A stretch of 64,000 bases of DNA, taken from Octopus vulgaris. Its lineage: Eukaryota. The DNA lies in NCBI GenBank assembly GCA_951406725.2, contig OX597817.1, positions 53,382,001-53,446,000 on the forward strand. The letters are read 5' to 3'. The position numbers and the translations under genes are program-made. Position 1 is the first letter of the stretch. Every line of letters begins with the position of its first letter. Shown here in pieces: positions 62,320 through 64,000 of this stretch. Below the pieces are notes generated by a model. The model made no database searches and was not told where the DNA came from. It worked only from the letters and a program-made list of their open reading frames with translations.

Positions 62320-62904
62320 TAACAGACAGGTCAGACTTAGTAACTGATGATACTTGATTCCTCTTCCTCCCACCACTACTCTTAGCACTACTCCCCACTC
62401 CTATCAAACCATCTCAATTATTCAGGTTTATAGAATTATTTTAACCCCTTCCCCACCGTCAATGTAAGTTTAGTTTAATAGATTTATATTATCTATTAGA
62501 AGCAATGTAACAATATGCTGCTATTTCAAGAATTTTGCTACATCAACTTTGGCACCAAACTCAGTTTTAATGACAGTTAACTAATACAGCTTGTCCTTGG
62601 GATATTTCTTCCGGTCATTATTGTAAATTAGTGTTTTGTCTGTTTTGGAAGAGGGCTGGCAAAATTTCTAGAGAGGAGTGTTTTTTGTGGAGAGGAAAGA
62701 TGTTTATTAAAACAAAATTAGCTTCATGGTATTGGAATAATACTTATGTTATTGAAAAATGTATTGCTGGAAATATTATTAGATGTGTAGTAGTAGTAGG
62801 AATAATAATAATAATAATTTCTTTTATTAGCCACTGGGGCATAGATGAGGGGGACATCACAAGGGCACACAACAATTTGTGTGGGGATTTACATAAAGGA
62901 TGCC

Positions 62905-63173
62905 AGTACTCACTGACTGGCCACCGTGCAGGTGGCACGTAAAAAGCACTATCCAAACGTGATCGATGCCAGGCCCACCTGACTGGCTCCTGTGCCAGTG
63001 ACATGTAAAAAGCACCCACTACACTCTCAGAGTGGTTGGCATTAGGAAGGGCATCCAGCTGTAGAAACATTGCCAGATCAGATTGGAGCCTGGTGCAGCT
63101 ACTGGCTCTCCAGACCTCAGTCAAACCATCCAACCCATGCCAGCATGGAAAACGGATGTTAAACGATGATGAT
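62905..63173 (+). mobile_element. SINE family B
   Basis: Conserved 3' domain and (GAT)n. Confidence 0.85.
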
Positions 63174-63329
63174 GGAAAGAAAGAAATGAATGTGACAGTG
63201 AAATGCGATGAAGTATATATAGTACACAAACCATGTGGTAGTATGAATGATGCAGTTCTCCTGATACAGGAGTAAATTCCAATTAGGGCCAATCAAGGAA
63301 CCCCACGGATCCAGGATTACCCTGACGGT

Positions 63330-63495
63330 GAAGGGCTTGGTGGAACTTTAAAAAGTCAATGAATGCTTGACTGAAGAGGAAGGTGTCTTTCCTCAATCCT
63401 TTCAGCCTTGGCCACAACACAACTTCTTTTACCATAGCCACTAGACAGAAGAACACAGCCTTCCCTACCTTGTTAAAAGCGTGTGGTGGGGCCCT
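63330..63495 (-). pseudogene. Possible L1/Tx1-like LINE ORF2 C-terminal fragment
   Basis: AVFFCLVAMVKEVVLWPRLKGL...FIDFLKFH resembles the AK..IW..R end of Tx1/L1 ORF2; recognised by eye only. Confidence 0.4.
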
Positions 63496-63886
63496 AGGCC
63501 AGCAGTTTTTAGGGGAGGAGAGTTGATTATCAACCCTGAAAGAATGAAAGATAAAGTCAGCCTTAATGGAATTTGATCTCAAAATATAAAGAGCTGGAAG
63601 AGAAATGTCTCTAACATTTTGTCCAGTATGCTAATGATTCTGCCAGCTCACTTGACTAACTAACAATGACAATAATTATAACAATAATAATTAACTGTAA
63701 TGGATAAAAATATATTAGTTCTACTTTGATTTTGGTATCATTTTAAGACAGAAAAGTTGAGCCTGTTTGAATAATCTCAGATTAGTATTCTCAACATAGT
63801 TTTATATTCACAAAGCATAAACTTTTGTATTTTCACATCCGTATATTTACTTCTTCAACTGATTGCATCTCTCTTTCTCCCGCCCC

Positions 63887-63920
<34 letters not shown>

Positions 63921-64000
63921 TCTATTTACATAATATTGAGGTCTCTTTCTTTTGTTATCTTACCATATAAATATATCTTGAATGCTCGAAATGAGGAGTA

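Noticed and set aside
367-63582. The many 60-180 aa ORFs in the supplied track as host genes
   Set aside because: They are translations of SINEs, microsatellites (YIYI, HTHT, LSLS) or minisatellites; only mariner and LINE remnants show real protein motifs.

Overview
AT-rich eukaryotic intergenic or intronic DNA dominated by transposable elements and microsatellites. The SINE repertoire and abundant (TA)n/(CA)n tracts resemble an octopus (cephalopod) genome; this is inference from recalled repeat families, not a search result. I found no convincing host protein-coding exon, and nearly all ORF-track entries are repeat or low-complexity artefacts. Recognisable content: dozens of copies of several SINE families (tRNA heads; CORE-like, Nin/Deu-like and V-like central domains), three decayed mariner elements, hAT, Merlin-like, piggyBac-like and Tigger-like MITEs with TIRs/TSDs, two non-autonomous Helitrons, RTE- and L1/Tx1-like LINE fragments, and two minisatellites. 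The most interesting signal is about ten minimal type-I hammerhead-ribozyme motifs (CUGANGA-stem II-GAAA-palindromic stem III-UH), many decayed, in several unrelated Penelope-like repeat families. These include an inverted pair forming a ~175-bp hairpin, a directly repeated unit, and a tRNA-headed SINE with a hammerhead in its 3' half, suggesting Pol III SINEs that use Penelope-type machinery. Coordinates were read by eye; repeat boundaries are approximate.
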